DNA from: Methanobacteriota archaeon
GTDB lineage: Archaea > Thermoplasmatota > Poseidoniia > Poseidoniales > Thalassarchaeaceae
Direction of reading: 5' to 3'
Length of the DNA: 64,000 bases
Assembly (NCBI GenBank): GCA_016845365.1
Contig: JAERST010000003.1
Span: 8,961-72,960, forward strand
In this document: in pieces, positions 39,836 to 47,393 of the stretch
Layout of the letters: every line of letters starts with the position of its first letter
Position numbering within the stretch: position 1 is the stretch's first letter
Translations under genes and position numbers: made by a program
Notes under the pieces: model-generated
Databases searched by the model: none
Seen by the model: the letters and a program-made list of their open reading frames with translations, nothing else
What the model was told of the DNA's origin: nothing

Positions 39836-39857
39836 GAGCGAAGTTTTGGGTGAGTGA

Positions 39858-40253
39858 ATGAGCTCGCACGTCATCGATTCGAGCGAACCTTATCACCCTG
39901 AAAAACTCGAAGAAAAGGAGTACGTCGGCGCTGCAGCTTACTTCGAACTCGATCTTCGAACCGGCGTTATTCTGCGCGTAGAGGAATTTCCGGAGATGCG
40001 CAAGCCCTCGTACAAAATTGAGGTAGATTTCGGCCCGGTGATCGGGCGAAAGTGGAGCTCTGCTCAGATTACGAATTATGCGCGCGCCGATTTGGTGGGG
40101 CGGACTGTTGTCGGCGCGCTGAATCTGGGCGACAAGACTCTCCCGACAGGTTTTGTGAGCCAATTTCTGGTTCTCGGAGCACTTGACCCGGATGGTACGG
40201 TGCGTTTGCTAGAATTGCCGGATGGCGTGCTGCCGGGTTCAGCTGTTGCCTGA
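39858..40253 (+). CDS. tRNA-binding domain protein (CsaA/Trbp111-like)
   Basis: KIEVDFGPVIGRKWSSAQITNYARADLVGRTVVGALNL...VLGA OB-fold tRNA-binding signature. Confidence 0.8.
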   Translation: MSSHVIDSSEPYHPEKLEEKEYVGAAAYFELDLRTGVILRVEEFPEMRKPSYKIEVDFGPVIGRKWSSAQITNYARADLVGRTVVGALNLGDKTLPTGFVSQFLVLGALDPDGTVRLLELPDGVLPGSAVA

Positions 40254-40322
40254 AGAAATGGGCTGGCGATTCTCGAGTCGCGGACCATCATGCTCTTGAG
40301 CCGAAGGCGCTGGGCAAGTCTC

Positions 40323-40808
40323 ATGCCGACCGAAGTGAAGATGACAACGAGTGCAGGCGAGATTACGATTGCATTGTACACGGAGGACTGTCCCGAGACC
40401 ACGGGGAATTTCCTCAAATTGGTGGATGATGGATTCTACAACGGACTACACTTCCACCGCGTTATCAAGGATTTCATGATCCAGGGCGGCTGCCCGCGAA
40501 GCAGAGATCCGAAGAGCAGGGCAGCCGGCACTGGCGGGCCGGGATGGAAGATTCGCTGTGAACCTTCAGCCCTCGCTAAGAAGCACGACCGGCCCGGCCT
40601 ATTTTCGATGGCAAATGCCGGCCCAAATACCGGTGGTTCGCAATTCTTCCTGACGACGGTTCCAACTCCATGGCTAGATGGCAATCATGCCGTCTTCGGA
40701 GAGGTAACCGAGGGCATGGAACACGTCTATCGCATCGAGAATTGCGATACGATGGCGGGCGACCGGCCTTACGATCCTCAGCAGATTATTAAGATCGAGC
40801 GCATTTGA
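40323..40808 (+). CDS. Cyclophilin-type peptidyl-prolyl cis-trans isomerase
   Basis: FHRVIKDFMIQGG, SMANAGPNTGGSQFF, LDGNHAVFGEV. Confidence 0.9.
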   Translation: MPTEVKMTTSAGEITIALYTEDCPETTGNFLKLVDDGFYNGLHFHRVIKDFMIQGGCPRSRDPKSRAAGTGGPGWKIRCEPSALAKKHDRPGLFSMANAGPNTGGSQFFLTTVPTPWLDGNHAVFGEVTEGMEHVYRIENCDTMAGDRPYDPQQIIKIERI

Positions 40809-40875
40809 GCGGTAACCGCAGCCCTCGAAAAAGTCGCTTTCCGGATAAACGCAGTGCTGCGACGGGAAAGCGAAT

Positions 40876-40887
40876 CTTTATTATTAA
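40876..40887 (+). promoter_or_regulatory. TATA box for the RHH-fumarase gene (leaderless)
   Basis: ctTTATTATTAa centred about 26 nt upstream of the ATG at 40908, preceded by a purine-rich BRE-like gggaaagcgaa. Confidence 0.4.
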
Positions 40888-40907
40888 CCAATTAACGCAC
40901 TCGAAAC

Positions 40908-42509
40908 ATGGCGAAACACCGCGCGGGCGACCGTCGCATCATCAGTATAAGCATCCCAGAGGACCTTGCCAAGAAGCTCGATAGGCGAGTCGGCAAGGGC
41001 CGAAACAAGGGAAGGTCAGCAACGATCGCAAAAATGATCCAAAATAGCTTGGAAGTCGAGCAAACAGCACCGATTAGCGAGCGCGCGAGCGAGCCCAGAG
41101 CGGCTTCGGGTGCTGCAGGTGAGATTCGAGTCGAGAAGGACACGATGGGCGAGCTAGAAGTTCCAGCAGACCGCTATTTCGGAGCCCAAACCGCTCGCTC
41201 ACTAATCAATTTCGATATCGGAACCGACACCATGGACCCCTCGGTCATCCGCGCCTTCGGAATCCTCAAGCAGGCGGCGGCAGAGACCAATGTCGAACTG
41301 GCACAACTCGATCCACAGATTGGCGCCCTCATCTCAGCCGCCTGCGACGAGGTCATCTCAGGAGCGATGGACGAACACTTCCCGCTCCGAGTCTGGCAAA
41401 CTGGCTCGGGCACTCAAACCAACATGAATTCAAACGAGGTAATCGCCAACCGAGCCATCGAGATGGCCGGCGGCGAATTAGGAAGCAAATCCCCAGTCCA
41501 CCCCAATGACCACGTCAACCGCGGTCAATCCAGCAATGACACATTCCCGACCGCAATGCACATCGCCGCCGCAGAAGAAATCCACCATCGACTTCTGCCA
41601 GCGGTCCGCCACTTGCACAATGCGCTGGCAGCCAAAGCCGCCGAATTCGAGAACATCGTCAAAATCGGCCGCACCCATCTAATGGACGCCGTCCCGCTAA
41701 CCCTCGGCCAGGAATTCGGCGGCTACGCCTCGATGCTCTCAGCAGACATCCGCCGCATCGAGGCAGCCTGGGACGACCTCCTCGAACTCGCGCTCGGAGG
41801 AACAGCGGTCGGCACCGGACTAAACACTCACATCGAGTTCGCAGACAAGGTGGCCGACCGAATCGCAGAGAAGACCGGCCTACCCTTCGTCTCAGCCGAA
41901 AACAAATTCGCACAACTCGCAGCACACGATGCAATAGTAGCCGCATCAGGCTCACTAAACACGCTTGCTGCGAGCCTGATGAAGATCGCCAATGACATCC
42001 GCTGGATGGGATCTGGACCCCGCTGTGGATTCGGAGAACTGGCCCTTCCGGCCAACGAACCAGGGTCGAGTATCATGCCAGGAAAGGTCAACCCAACCCA
42101 AGCCGAAGCGATGACGATGGTCTGTTGTCAGGTAATCGGCAACCACACCGCAATCAGCGTCGGGGGCAGCCAAGGCAACTTCGAACTCAACGTCTACAAG
42201 CCGATGATGATCCACAATTTGCTCCACAGCACACGCCTTCTCGCCGACACCTGCAGGGCCTTCACCGACAGATGCGTGGTCGGGCTCGAGGCCAACGAGG
42301 GTGCGATTGCATCGCACCTCGAGAATAGTCTGATGTTGGTTACAGCGCTGAACAATCACATCGGATACGACAGCGCCGCCAAGATTGCAAAGCACGCGCA
42401 TGCAAATGGAAGCACCTTGCGCGAGGCAGCTGTCGATTTGGGCCTAGTCACGAATGACCAATTCGATCAATGGGTTAGGCCCAAGGAAATGATCGGACCG
42501 AAGCAGTGA
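40908..42509 (+). CDS. fumC: Class II fumarate hydratase with N-terminal ribbon-helix-helix (CopG/NikR-like) extension
   Basis: aa 73 onward [39 protein letters not shown] signature. aa 9-48 [40 protein letters not shown] fits the RHH pattern. One uninterrupted frame. Confidence 0.9.
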   Translation: MAKHRAGDRRIISISIPEDLAKKLDRRVGKGRNKGRSATIAKMIQNSLEVEQTAPISERASEPRAASGAAGEIRVEKDTMGELEVPADRYFGAQTARSLINFDIGTDTMDPSVIRAFGILKQAAAETNVELAQLDPQIGALISAACDEVISGAMDEHFPLRVWQTGSGTQTNMNSNEVIANRAIEMAGGELGSKSPVHPNDHVNRGQSSNDTFPTAMHIAAAEEIHHRLLPAVRHLHNALAAKAAEFENIVKIGRTHLMDAVPLTLGQEFGGYASMLSADIRRIEAAWDDLLELALGGTAVGTGLNTHIEFADKVADRIAEKTGLPFVSAENKFAQLAAHDAIVAASGSLNTLAASLMKIANDIRWMGSGPRCGFGELALPANEPGSSIMPGKVNPTQAEAMTMVCCQVIGNHTAISVGGSQGNFELNVYKPMMIHNLLHSTRLLADTCRAFTDRCVVGLEANEGAIASHLENSLMLVTALNNHIGYDSAAKIAKHAHANGSTLREAAVDLGLVTNDQFDQWVRPKEMIGPKQ

Positions 42510-42599
42510 GTGCGGTAGTGAGTGCGGCATTGGTCCGCAAAGCCCGCGTCCGCGCTAGCCGTCAGAAACCGAAGGCAGCGGAGCGAGATGCTCCGCAAT

Positions 42600-43300
42600 G
42601 ATTGATAACAAGAAGTAAGGGGGCCGCGACCGTACTGAATGGTACAAGGTGGGAGCAGCAGGGGGTTCTGCACATGGGGGAGCATCCCCCCCTGCTGACT
42701 CCGCAGGGTCCGGTTCTTTTTTCCCGCCCGAAGGCGGTTCTTTTTCCCCGGGTAGATGACTTGAGTACTCCGAAGAGCCCTTTCGTCGTTTCCCGCTTCT
42801 TCGGAGATCTCTCTCCGTTTCTGCGTTTCCAATTCCCGCCCCGGCTCTCACCGGTTTGTTTCTTGGAATGAGTGCCGGTCCTCCACGCGTCTCCGCGCTC
42901 TTGTTCCCGCCACGTTTCTCTCAGGTTTCGCGTTCCCTTCCTTGCGTCCGGTTCTCGTCCACCTTTGTTCCCCGTGGATTCGTCTCAAGCCTTCCCCATC
43001 TCTGGTTCTCTTGCCCTTCACGAATGCACTCGCGGTCTGGTTGGCTGGCACGGTCATGTTTTCCCTGCCGAAGCAGTACGGTTGTGTTTTCCCCAGCTTC
43101 CCCCGTGGCTTCATTCCCCCTTCTTTCGTCCGGTTCTTTCCACCTCGGTTCGACCGCATCTCCCCTGACCCAAGTGCCAGGTTCGATCATCCCCGGATTC
43201 CTTGCGGTTTCCGGTTCTACCACCCCGAGTTCGGGGTTCGGTTCTGTGGCCCGCGGTTTGCGCCGGAGCGCGCCCCACACCACTCCCCCGGAGCGGCATC
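42600..43300 (-). ncRNA. Candidate large structured or protein-binding ncRNA (or repeat locus) in a convergent intergenic spacer
   Basis: About 900 nt lies between convergent genes. The + strand is extremely A-poor. TCCGGTTCT x4, GGTTCT x8, CCGAAG x4 (C(UUCG)G on the - strand). Open frames in most phases only because stop codons are depleted. Strand and ends are inferred, not demonstrated. Confidence 0.3.
42656..42746 (+). terminator. Probable fumC termination region: two hairpins, each followed by an oligo-T run
   Basis: Hairpin cagcaggggg/ccccctgctg (42656-42697), then T6 at 42717-42722. Hairpin ccgcc-cgaa-ggcgg (42724-42737), then T5 at 42741-42745. Confidence 0.4.
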
Positions 43301-43368
43301 TTAGGTCTGTGCGGCGGAGGCGCATAAATCTTTCGGCGAATGAGGTACTGTGGACCGGAAATAGGGGT

Positions 43369-43431
43369 CTAAGGATGTTAATTTCCGGTGCGACGCGAGA
43401 TGCGAAATCACCTATTTCTTAACATCCTTAG
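43369..43431 (-). terminator. 13-bp perfect inverted repeat spanning the stop codon of the beta-propeller gene
   Basis: ctaaggatgttaa (43369-43381) / ttaacatccttag (43419-43431), followed on the - strand by cctatttcc. Confidence 0.45.
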
Positions 43432-44463
43432 ACGTGCTCTCAACTCCGAATTCCGGAAGTTTTCAGGAGATGACTCTTCTTCGTCTGATAATCTACGGGT
43501 GACGACCTCTGATTCGACGATGAACACTTTTCCGAGGTCGTCACCGAGCGCCAGGACTTCATTCATCGAGTGCATCTGGCGCAGGCGGGAATCGTGGGCG
43601 ATATTTGTTACCGATTCGGTGAGAATTGTGAGGCTGGATTTTGTGCCAGTCCAGGAGGATGCCCAGGCATCCGAACCTAAGCTTGCAACGGCATCGATAG
43701 CGCCTTCGACCTGGTGCGAAGCGGCCAGACTGCCAATCGTCCCATCATCATGGCCGGAGATCCAACCGATGGGTCCTGCTGTGATTGCGGTCACCAAGGA
43801 GTCACAGAGATTGTCCGTCGTCTCGGTCGAACCGGTGGTGCTGATGGTCCCGTCGGCATGACCGAGGAGGAATCGGTCCTCTGAGCCACAGACTCCGCAA
43901 GTTACTGGGCTCGCGCTGCCCAATTCGAAATGTTCTGCTTGTTCGCCCTGCCGAATTCGCAAATATCCGCAGCGAGGCCGGCCGAGTCCGAGCAGAATTC
44001 CGCCGTCCTCGTGCAGGCCGAGATGCCATGGGCGCTCGGCCATCACCCAGCGTTCCTGTTCTTTTCCACCTTCATCGAATCGCCATATGGTTGATTCGAC
44101 AAAATCGGCGACCTCTAATTCGTACACCGAAGAGGTCGCCCAAACAACTCCATTCCAAGCCTGAACGTAATCACTTGCTCCCTCCAGCTCGCGGCTCCAG
44201 AGCAATTCTCCGCTCGCCGCGTCGACCGCGTGCAGCGAAGCGGAGGCGGTCGCATAGACCCGACCTCCATCGAGCGCTAAGTCAGAAATCGGCCCTTCGA
44301 CCTCCACTCGCCAGCGCTCGTCACCATCCACAGCACCCCAACAAAGCAGGAGACCCTCGTGCGAACCGGCAAGAAGCAAATCTCCAGACAGCCGAATGAC
44401 CGAACAAGCGCTACCAAGGTCTCGCACAAAGGACGCGAGGCTCTCCAAGGTGCGCTCAACCAT
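43408..44463 (-). CDS. PQQ/WD40-like beta-propeller repeat protein
   Basis: Repeated strand motifs (GRVYATASASLHAVDAASGELLW, GVVWATS...), no signal peptide, basic C-terminal tail. Confidence 0.65.
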   Translation of the reverse strand: MVERTLESLASFVRDLGSACSVIRLSGDLLLAGSHEGLLLCWGAVDGDERWRVEVEGPISDLALDGGRVYATASASLHAVDAASGELLWSRELEGASDYVQAWNGVVWATSSVYELEVADFVESTIWRFDEGGKEQERWVMAERPWHLGLHEDGGILLGLGRPRCGYLRIRQGEQAEHFELGSASPVTCGVCGSEDRFLLGHADGTISTTGSTETTDNLCDSLVTAITAGPIGWISGHDDGTIGSLAASHQVEGAIDAVASLGSDAWASSWTGTKSSLTILTESVTNIAHDSRLRQMHSMNEVLALGDDLGKVFIVESEVVTRRLSDEEESSPENFRNSELRARLRMLRNR

Positions 44464-44502
44464 GGCCTCGCTCCCGCACTCGCCGCTATCGACGTTCCGC
44501 GT

Positions 44503-46005
44503 TCAAGCACTTACGCCGTAGAGCCGTTCGACCTTGTCGCGAAGGTACGCGACGAAAGCATCTGGAGAAGGAGGCGAACCGGTGGCTTCCTCGACCAAAT
44601 CCGCCGGCTCGAGGATGCTCCCCCTCGCGTGCACGCGCGCGCGCATCCAATCCAGAAGAGGTCCAAATTCGCCCCGGCGCATCTGCTCATCATGCTCTGG
44701 CAAATCCTCTCGAGCAGCCGCCAGCAGCTGCGCCGAATACAGATTTCCAAGCGTATAAGTCGGGAAGTAACCGAAGGCGCCGAAGGACCAGTGAATGTCT
44801 TGGAGAACGCCCAAAGTGCGGTTCGGTGCCCTGATTCCGAGGAATTCTTCGTACATATCATCCCAAACATCGGGCAGGTCATCGACCTCAATATCGCCCG
44901 CGATCAAGCGCTTCTCAATCTCGTATCGAATCATGATGTGAAGGTTGTAAGTCGCCTCGTCAGACTCGGTTCGAATGAGGCTCGGCTCGACCAAATTCAC
45001 CGCTCGCCAGAGGTCATCCGCGCTGACTTCCGCCATCTGCTCCGGGAAGTTCTCCTGCCACAAAGGCAAGGCCCACTCGCAAAACTCTCGGCTGCGTCCG
45101 ACCTGGTTCTCCCAAAGCCGACTCTGGCTCTCGTGGACGCCGAGTCCGGCTGCCTTTCCTGCGGGTTGGAAGTCGAGGTTTCGGGGCCGGCCCTGCTCGT
45201 AGGTGCCGTGCCCCGTCTCGTGCATTGAGCCGAATAGCGAGCCGAATGGATCGTCCACTGAGTATCGGGTCGTCCAGCGAACATCGTCTGGGTTGGGGCC
45301 TCCGCAGAATGGGTGGGTGGATGCGTCGCGGCGGCCTGCGTCGAAGTCGAAGCCGATGGCTTCGGAGACGGTTTGGCTGAGTTTTTCTTGGCCCGACTGT
45401 GGCCAATTATTGTCGGTCACGAAGGCCAAGTTCGGGCGCTTTCCTGATTCGACGACCGCTTTGATTAGCGGGGCGACATTGTCGCGCAGCCCCACGAAAA
45501 GCGGGTCGAGTCGGGCGACGCTCAGACCGGATTCGTAGAGGTCGAGCAGAGCGTCGTAACGCAATTCATCATAGCCGAGATAGTCCGCCTTTTGGCGGCA
45601 CATCTCGATCATCTTCGCGAGGTCATCGCGGAAGATGGAGAAATCATCCTTGGCTCGCGCTTCAGTCCAGGAGATTTGGCACTTGGACTGAAGCTTAGCC
45701 ATCTCGCCGACGAACTCCGTCGGGAGTTTCGTCGCCTTGTCATAACTATCGCGCGCGAGGCGGACGTTTGCCGCTTCTACCTCGTCGAGGTCCTCGCGCG
45801 CTTCCAACTCGGCTAGCAACTCGCCGATTCTCGGGTCGGTCATCTTCTCATGACCGGTTTTGGAAATCCACGAGAGTTGCTCGCCGCGCAGAGCGGCGGC
45901 TTTTGGCGGCATCATGACTTCTTGGTCCCAACTGACCAAGCCGCCGATCTGGCTTATCAGATCCATATCTTTCATTCGAGCGAGGAGTTCCTCGTAGGCA
46001 TCCAT
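44503..46005 (-). CDS. M32 (Taq-type) metallocarboxypeptidase
   Basis: HETGHGTYEQG zinc motif, IRTESDEATYNLHI, DIHWSFGAFGYFPTYTLG. ATG at 46005 preceded by aggag. Confidence 0.9.
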   Translation of the reverse strand: MDAYEELLARMKDMDLISQIGGLVSWDQEVMMPPKAAALRGEQLSWISKTGHEKMTDPRIGELLAELEAREDLDEVEAANVRLARDSYDKATKLPTEFVGEMAKLQSKCQISWTEARAKDDFSIFRDDLAKMIEMCRQKADYLGYDELRYDALLDLYESGLSVARLDPLFVGLRDNVAPLIKAVVESGKRPNLAFVTDNNWPQSGQEKLSQTVSEAIGFDFDAGRRDASTHPFCGGPNPDDVRWTTRYSVDDPFGSLFGSMHETGHGTYEQGRPRNLDFQPAGKAAGLGVHESQSRLWENQVGRSREFCEWALPLWQENFPEQMAEVSADDLWRAVNLVEPSLIRTESDEATYNLHIMIRYEIEKRLIAGDIEVDDLPDVWDDMYEEFLGIRAPNRTLGVLQDIHWSFGAFGYFPTYTLGNLYSAQLLAAAREDLPEHDEQMRRGEFGPLLDWMRARVHARGSILEPADLVEEATGSPPSPDAFVAYLRDKVERLYGVSA

Positions 46006-46067
46006 GGCACTCCTATTACATCGACTTTGAAGAACCTCATGTAACACACTCCTCGGTTCTATTTTTC

Positions 46068-47393
46068 TCACATCAGTATGATTGAGTGCCAGGTAACGAA
46101 AATCAATCCAATTATTGAGAGAACCAGATGACCTTTTCTAAATGAGAGCCATGGTATATATTTCTTCGAAAGTTTAGGGTACAATCCTGAATATCCAGCG
46201 ACAGAAATCAACAATATCCCTATGATTCCCAACCATATTTCAAAAGATATTGGAGGCATCGTATCAGATACACCAAACCCGATTATGTGTATAGCCGTGA
46301 AAGCCATTATCCCTCCGAGTAAGGAAAAATGTAACCACCACCAGTAGGATGCTCTTTCTGCAGGCATTTCAGCATCCCAAGTGGTTCCTGTCGTTCTAGC
46401 TTCCTTGTATCGCTCTTTGTAGAGTCTATCGAGTGCACGTTTTGAAAAACCTTGAACCATAATTAATCCTAGAGCACCTAATCCAAGCCAGCCGTACAAT
46501 ATAGCAACTTTACCTGAGATTGGAGGTTCGGGCAAGGATGCTTGTTTTGGTTCAGGAATTACTGCCAAAGCAGCCTCAACGATTGTTCCTGATTCAGTCT
46601 CGGCAGTAAAGGAGATATGAGTGCCATTTGAGGCAGGTGCGGGTCCAATATATTCTACAACAACACTCCAGCCCGCTTGAAGAGAGCCGTCGAATTGAAC
46701 CTCAGTCAAGCTTCCATTCGCGTCGAAAACATCTGTGAATCTGACAGCTCCCCTTTGAGTGGTTGAATTAATTTTTGTAAGATTCGCAGATCCAATATTG
46801 ATTAATTTTGTACTAGATTCATTACCTTCGCCAAGTACAATCAAAGAAGGACTCGCAGTAAATACTCTGAAATGTACTTGGATATTCAACTCCAAAGGGA
46901 TTGATTCAGTTTGACGGTCAGGTCTCTTGGACGATGAGTGGTCATAAAATGCCACAGCATTGAGAGTAACACTAACACTCAATTGATCCACTCCAGCTGA
47001 AGGAGTAACATTGACCCAGCCAGACGTCGACGAACCTGCTGCTAATTCTCCCTCCCAAGGGGTGAATGCTGGAGAATCAGTCGACCCCCCAATAACATCG
47101 ATAATCATCTCTGGTTCAATCCAAACATTCCGCCAAGGAGCTGAAGCAGTCCATCGAATGGCATTATCCACTCCTGCATTCATTGGTTGAGATGCGTAAA
47201 GTGAAAGTCCAATTTCACGATAGGAGGAATGGCAACTATTGCATGATCTCGATTGAGCACTTGCATCCTCAAAAAGTGGTGGATCAACATTGCCTCCAAG
47301 CAGAAGAATTACGAGAAAAGAAAGGGCCAAAGACCGATGGAGTTGTTTAATCAAAAAATCACCTCTCTTCGATGTTAAATGACGAGGATTCAA
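46068..47393 (-). CDS. Membrane protein with CxxCH motif, large extracytoplasmic domain and bis-(H-x13-H) four-TM module (putative heme c / di-heme b protein)
   Basis: N-terminal anchor. CNSCH at aa 51-55 (nt 47229-47243). About 250 aa Ser/Thr/Val-rich domain. TM helices with H355/H369 and H422/H436. ATGA start/stop overlap with the upstream gene. Confidence 0.7.
   Translation of the reverse strand: MNPRHLTSKRGDFLIKQLHRSLALSFLVILLLGGNVDPPLFEDASAQSRSCNSCHSSYREIGLSLYASQPMNAGVDNAIRWTASAPWRNVWIEPEMIIDVIGGSTDSPAFTPWEGELAAGSSTSGWVNVTPSAGVDQLSVSVTLNAVAFYDHSSSKRPDRQTESIPLELNIQVHFRVFTASPSLIVLGEGNESSTKLINIGSANLTKINSTTQRGAVRFTDVFDANGSLTEVQFDGSLQAGWSVVVEYIGPAPASNGTHISFTAETESGTIVEAALAVIPEPKQASLPEPPISGKVAILYGWLGLGALGLIMVQGFSKRALDRLYKERYKEARTTGTTWDAEMPAERASYWWWLHFSLLGGIMAFTAIHIIGFGVSDTMPPISFEIWLGIIGILLISVAGYSGLYPKLSKKYIPWLSFRKGHLVLSIIGLIFVTWHSIILM

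Noticed and set aside
42505-42528. A 12-nt tandem duplication, agtgagtgcggt/agtgagtgcggc, spanning the fumC stop codon.
   Set aside because: It is a single two-copy slippage-type duplication with no further structure. It is probably neutral.
42640-43140. RNase P RNA hypothesis for the spacer. The - strand contains GCAGAACCCCCUGCU, which resembles the CR-V ACAGAACCCGGCUUA, and GGUGGAAAGAACCGG, which vaguely resembles CR-I.
   Set aside because: The exact CR-I core GAGGAAAGUCC is absent. The CAGAACCC segment is part of a local 10-bp hairpin (42656-42697), not a long-range P4 pairing. I saw no SRP RNA helix-8 motif (GGAAGCAGCC) either.
42510-43407. Replication origin hypothesis: a long intergenic region with reiterated motifs, fairly near replication genes.
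   Set aside because: There is no orc1/cdc6 gene nearby and no AT-rich unwinding element. The repeats are all in direct orientation, not the inverted ORB arrangement. The extreme one-strand A depletion is not an origin feature. Not formally excluded without skew analysis or marker-frequency data.
42848-43422. Several 90-190 aa ORFs on both strands inside the A-poor spacer (42856-43422 +, 42872-43168 +, 42942-43304 +, 42921-43325 -, 42848-43159 -).
   Set aside because: Frames stay open simply because A on the + strand (T on the - strand) is depleted and stop codons are rare. The products are highly basic or Ser/Pro/Phe-rich, unlike local proteins. The conserved repeat copies differ by 1-3 nt indels that would shift the frame. 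A decayed gene cannot be fully excluded.
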